Assembly: GCA_008932965.1 (NCBI GenBank)
Contig: WBXG01000021.1
Location: forward strand, 1 to 26,460
Reading direction: 5' to 3'
DNA: 26,460 nucleotides
Source of the DNA: Verrucomicrobiota bacterium
GTDB taxonomy: Bacteria; Verrucomicrobiota; Verrucomicrobiia; Chthoniobacterales; UBA6821
Shown here piece after piece: positions 24,088-26,460 of the stretch. The position numbers and the translations under genes are program-made. The notes beneath the pieces are model-generated. The model made no database searches. It saw nothing but the letters and a program-made list of their open reading frames with translations, and was not told the DNA's origin. The first letter of the stretch is position 1. Each line of letters starts with the position of its first letter.

Positions 24088-25401
24088 ATGAAACATTCTT
24101 TCTATTCCCTTTTAAGAAACAACTTAGCTTCTACAGCAAAGTTTTACCTCATTTTTTTGGTGACTCCTCTAACCAGAAAGCTTCAGCAATCAGAGTTACA
24201 GCATCATGATAAAGATGCTTTCAATAAAATCTACGGGCACCTCATTCGATTTTTAAATTGGTTTTGTCAGGGATTAATCACCGTGGCATATCCTACGATG
24301 GGTTATAATCCACTGCAGTCACGGTCTCATCAGCTTGAGTCGATGTGGGCCTCTCAATTTTTAGGAGTTGCTTCACCACAACTTGAAGAGGAGGCAAAAA
24401 AAAGCATTACTCGTATTCAAGATACCCCTTCTAGTTGCAAAGAGCACCTGCAGGCGATTCCCCATTTTACGATCCTGATCTGCTTTCATCATCATCTAAA
24501 CTTTTTTAAAAGCTGCCTCGATTCAATCAAGGAGGCATGTATTCAGAGCCCTAGCACCAAGGTCGAAATTCTTATTATTAATGATGACCCCTCCATTAGC
24601 TCTTCCTCGTTATTAGCTCAGGCATCGACATTGTTGCAGGAGAAAATCACCCTTCATTTTCATGAAAAAAATCTTGGGATCTGCTATAGCGCTAATCAAG
24701 CTATTGCCTGTGCCAAAGGAGAATGGATATTGCATTTGGATTGTGATGATCGTCTCACTCCCAATGTTTTTTCCATTCTGGAGCAAACAATCCAGCAGAA
24801 GCCGGAGATCCGCTATATCAGCTCTCGAGCCATTGATATTGATGAAAAAGGGAATATCCTATCATGGCGTTTACGCTCAGAACTCCCAAGAGATCTCATC
24901 AATAACAATGTGGCCAGTCATCTCAAAGTGATTCGAAAAGATCTTCATGATGATTTGGGGCTTTTTAATCCTCTCTTTGAAGGATGCCAAGATTATGAGT
25001 TCGCTCTGAGAACAGCTATTAATGAGTCTCTTTGCTTTATTCCGGATTATCTTTATGAGTATCGATGGCATGATCAAAGTCAAACAGTCAGCAATAACAA
25101 AAGTCAAAATCTCACAGCCAATCGTATTCGTCAGATTTATTTGCTCAGTCTCTATTGGATCAACCATGGAATAAAAAATATTCACTGGGAAATCAGTGGG
25201 GTCCATGCCGCATCGTGGTGCAAGCATCTCGGTGACTCTCCAAAGGAATTATCTTCTCCTGGAGGTTATGCCGTAATGCTCGAGGCAACAACCTCCTTTC
25301 AAGAGCAACAATGGAAGTTATTACTAGTTCACGTAGCCACTGCTGTTATCGATCTTTATCGGAACCACCATAAGAGTGGTACTATTTCAGTAACTCTTTA
25401 G
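24088..25401 (+). CDS. Glycosyltransferase family 2 protein with N-terminal (about 125 aa) and C-terminal (roughly 100 aa) extensions of unknown function
   Basis: GT2 core: FTILICFHHHLNFFKSCLDSIKEA, ILIINDDPS, NLGICYSANQAIACAKGEWILHLDCDDRL. The first ATG is at 24088 (MKHSFYS). The ORF-track start at 24040 is a TTG. Confidence 0.78.
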   Translation: MKHSFYSLLRNNLASTAKFYLIFLVTPLTRKLQQSELQHHDKDAFNKIYGHLIRFLNWFCQGLITVAYPTMGYNPLQSRSHQLESMWASQFLGVASPQLEEEAKKSITRIQDTPSSCKEHLQAIPHFTILICFHHHLNFFKSCLDSIKEACIQSPSTKVEILIINDDPSISSSSLLAQASTLLQEKITLHFHEKNLGICYSANQAIACAKGEWILHLDCDDRLTPNVFSILEQTIQQKPEIRYISSRAIDIDEKGNILSWRLRSELPRDLINNNVASHLKVIRKDLHDDLGLFNPLFEGCQDYEFALRTAINESLCFIPDYLYEYRWHDQSQTVSNNKSQNLTANRIRQIYLLSLYWINHGIKNIHWEISGVHAASWCKHLGDSPKELSSPGGYAVMLEATTSFQEQQWKLLLVHVATAVIDLYRNHHKSGTISVTL

Positions 25402-25412
25402 TCAGAATCTTC

Positions 25413-26460
25413 TCATGCAGCATGATGAAACTGCAGCTCATACAATTTTCGGTAAATTTCCGAAGAGGAGAGTAGTTCTCGGTGGGTTCCTATAGCAGCA
25501 ATACATCCTTGATCCATCACCACAATGACATCACTTGCAAGAACTGTAGAAAGACGATGTGCAATTGCAATAACGGTGCGTCCCTCCTCCAAGCGTTGTA
25601 GGGCCATTTGAATCATTCGTTCTGATTCGGAATCGAGAGCGGAGGTCGCCTCATCTAAAAGCAAGATCGGTGCTCCTTTGAGTAGGGCGCGGGCAATGGC
25701 AAGGCGCTGTTGTTGGCCTCCTGAGAGAAGGCACCCTTTATCACCAACCATCGTTTCGTAGCCTTTGGGTTGAGCTAAAATAAAATCGTGGGCAAATGCT
25801 TGGCGAGCGGCCTCTTCAATTTCTACTTGAGTGGCATCAAGGCGTCCGAAACGAATATTTTCATAGATCGTATCATGAAAAAGAAAATTCTCCTGAGTGA
25901 CGACCCCAATCTGTTCTCGTAGGGAATCCAGTTGAAGAGACCTTACATCATGCCCATCGATCAAGACAGCTCCCTCCTGGGGATCATAAAAACGGAGAAG
26001 GAGAGATAAAATCGTACTTTTACCAGCTCCGCTGGCCCCCACAAGAGCTATCTTCTGACCTGGTTGGATTGTAAGATTAATTTCATGGAGTGCAGGAGTT
26101 GCATTTTTGATCCCATAATGAAAAGTGAGATCTTTCAGCACAATGTGACCCGTACATTTCATCAGGGGAAGGGCATCCTTCTCGTTATTGATGGTAGGGT
26201 GTGTTGCAAGAAGCTCAAAAATACTTGTAGAAGCACTCAAGCACTTCTGTAGCGTTAAATGGATACGACTGACTTTTTTTACTGGCTCATAAAGTAAAAA
26301 CATTCCAGTCATGAGGGCTAAAAATTTCCCTAACGAGAGATGTCCAAAATAGACATAGAAAAGAGCGAGAGAGACTCCAAAAGCAGCTACTGTTTCAATC
26401 ATCGGTTGTACGATTGCTGAACTCTTTTGAACATTGAGGCTAGAGGCAAACTGGATGTCA
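25413..26460 (-). CDS. ABC exporter of the fused permease-ATPase type (MsbA/ABCB-like); 5'-partial, continuing beyond the window
   Basis: C-terminal NBD with Walker A GASGAGKST, signature LSGGQQQRLAIARAL and Walker B ILLLDEATSALD. The upstream part is hydrophobic TMD sequence. The reading frame stays open from 26402 to the window edge at 26460 (DIQFASSLNVQKSSAIVQP before the first Met). Confidence 0.85.
   Translation of the reverse strand, partial: DIQFASSLNVQKSSAIVQPMIETVAAFGVSLALFYVYFGHLSLGKFLALMTGMFLLYEPVKKVSRIHLTLQKCLSASTSIFELLATHPTINNEKDALPLMKCTGHIVLKDLTFHYGIKNATPALHEINLTIQPGQKIALVGASGAGKSTILSLLLRFYDPQEGAVLIDGHDVRSLQLDSLREQIGVVTQENFLFHDTIYENIRFGRLDATQVEIEEAARQAFAHDFILAQPKGYETMVGDKGCLLSGGQQQRLAIARALLKGAPILLLDEATSALDSESERMIQMALQRLEEGRTVIAIAHRLSTVLASDVIVVMDQGCIAAIGTHRELLSSSEIYRKLYELQFHHAA

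Noticed and set aside
14655-25227. Short ORFs nested in the glycosyltransferase, wzt/wzm and GT2 genes (for example 14655-14918, 15544-15840, 18422-18730, 22440-22787, 23675-23884, 24877-25227)
   Set aside because: They are antisense or out of frame within longer ORFs that carry family motifs. They are rich in Lys, Phe and Ile, as expected from AT-rich non-coding frames.

Overview
This is a low-GC (roughly 40% by eye) chromosomal segment from a diderm-type bacterium, with 24 supportable CDSs and one tRNA. The first half (1-13.3 kb) holds housekeeping genes: tRNA-Thr(UGU), an OmpA-domain protein with glnD, mnmG, lpdA, a DUF721 protein with folB, a small ferredoxin, a 684-aa secreted protein of unknown family, a GT9 heptosyltransferase and hemQ. 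The second half (13.4-25.4 kb) is a tightly packed glycan locus that depends on an ABC transporter. It carries about ten glycosyltransferases (GT25, two GT4-type, two exostosin-like, GT11, GT32, GT2 and one unassigned), a methyltransferase and wzm-wzt, followed by a partial MsbA-type exporter. The most unusual signal is an unannotated family of palindromic MITE-like repeats with terminal inverted repeat consensus TAACCCGGATATTTCATACTGATC. At least eight copies or fragments occur as a nested-deletion series of about 68 to 178 bp. They occupy many, though not all, of the intergenic spacers. One full-length 178-bp copy plus a TA duplication (180 nt, 60 codons) sits in frame inside glnD without breaking the ORF. 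This resembles the Rickettsia palindromic elements. No transposase is present in the window. Secondary observations are a Wzt ATPase whose C-terminal domain looks like a degenerate Uma2/PD-(D/E)XK fold, a repeat copy truncated at the 3' end of the tRNA, long homopolymer tracts and a 15-bp tandem duplication in glycosyltransferase genes, and a separate inverted-repeat-flanked spacer inside the glycan operon. All family assignments come from motif recognition by eye. No database search was run.
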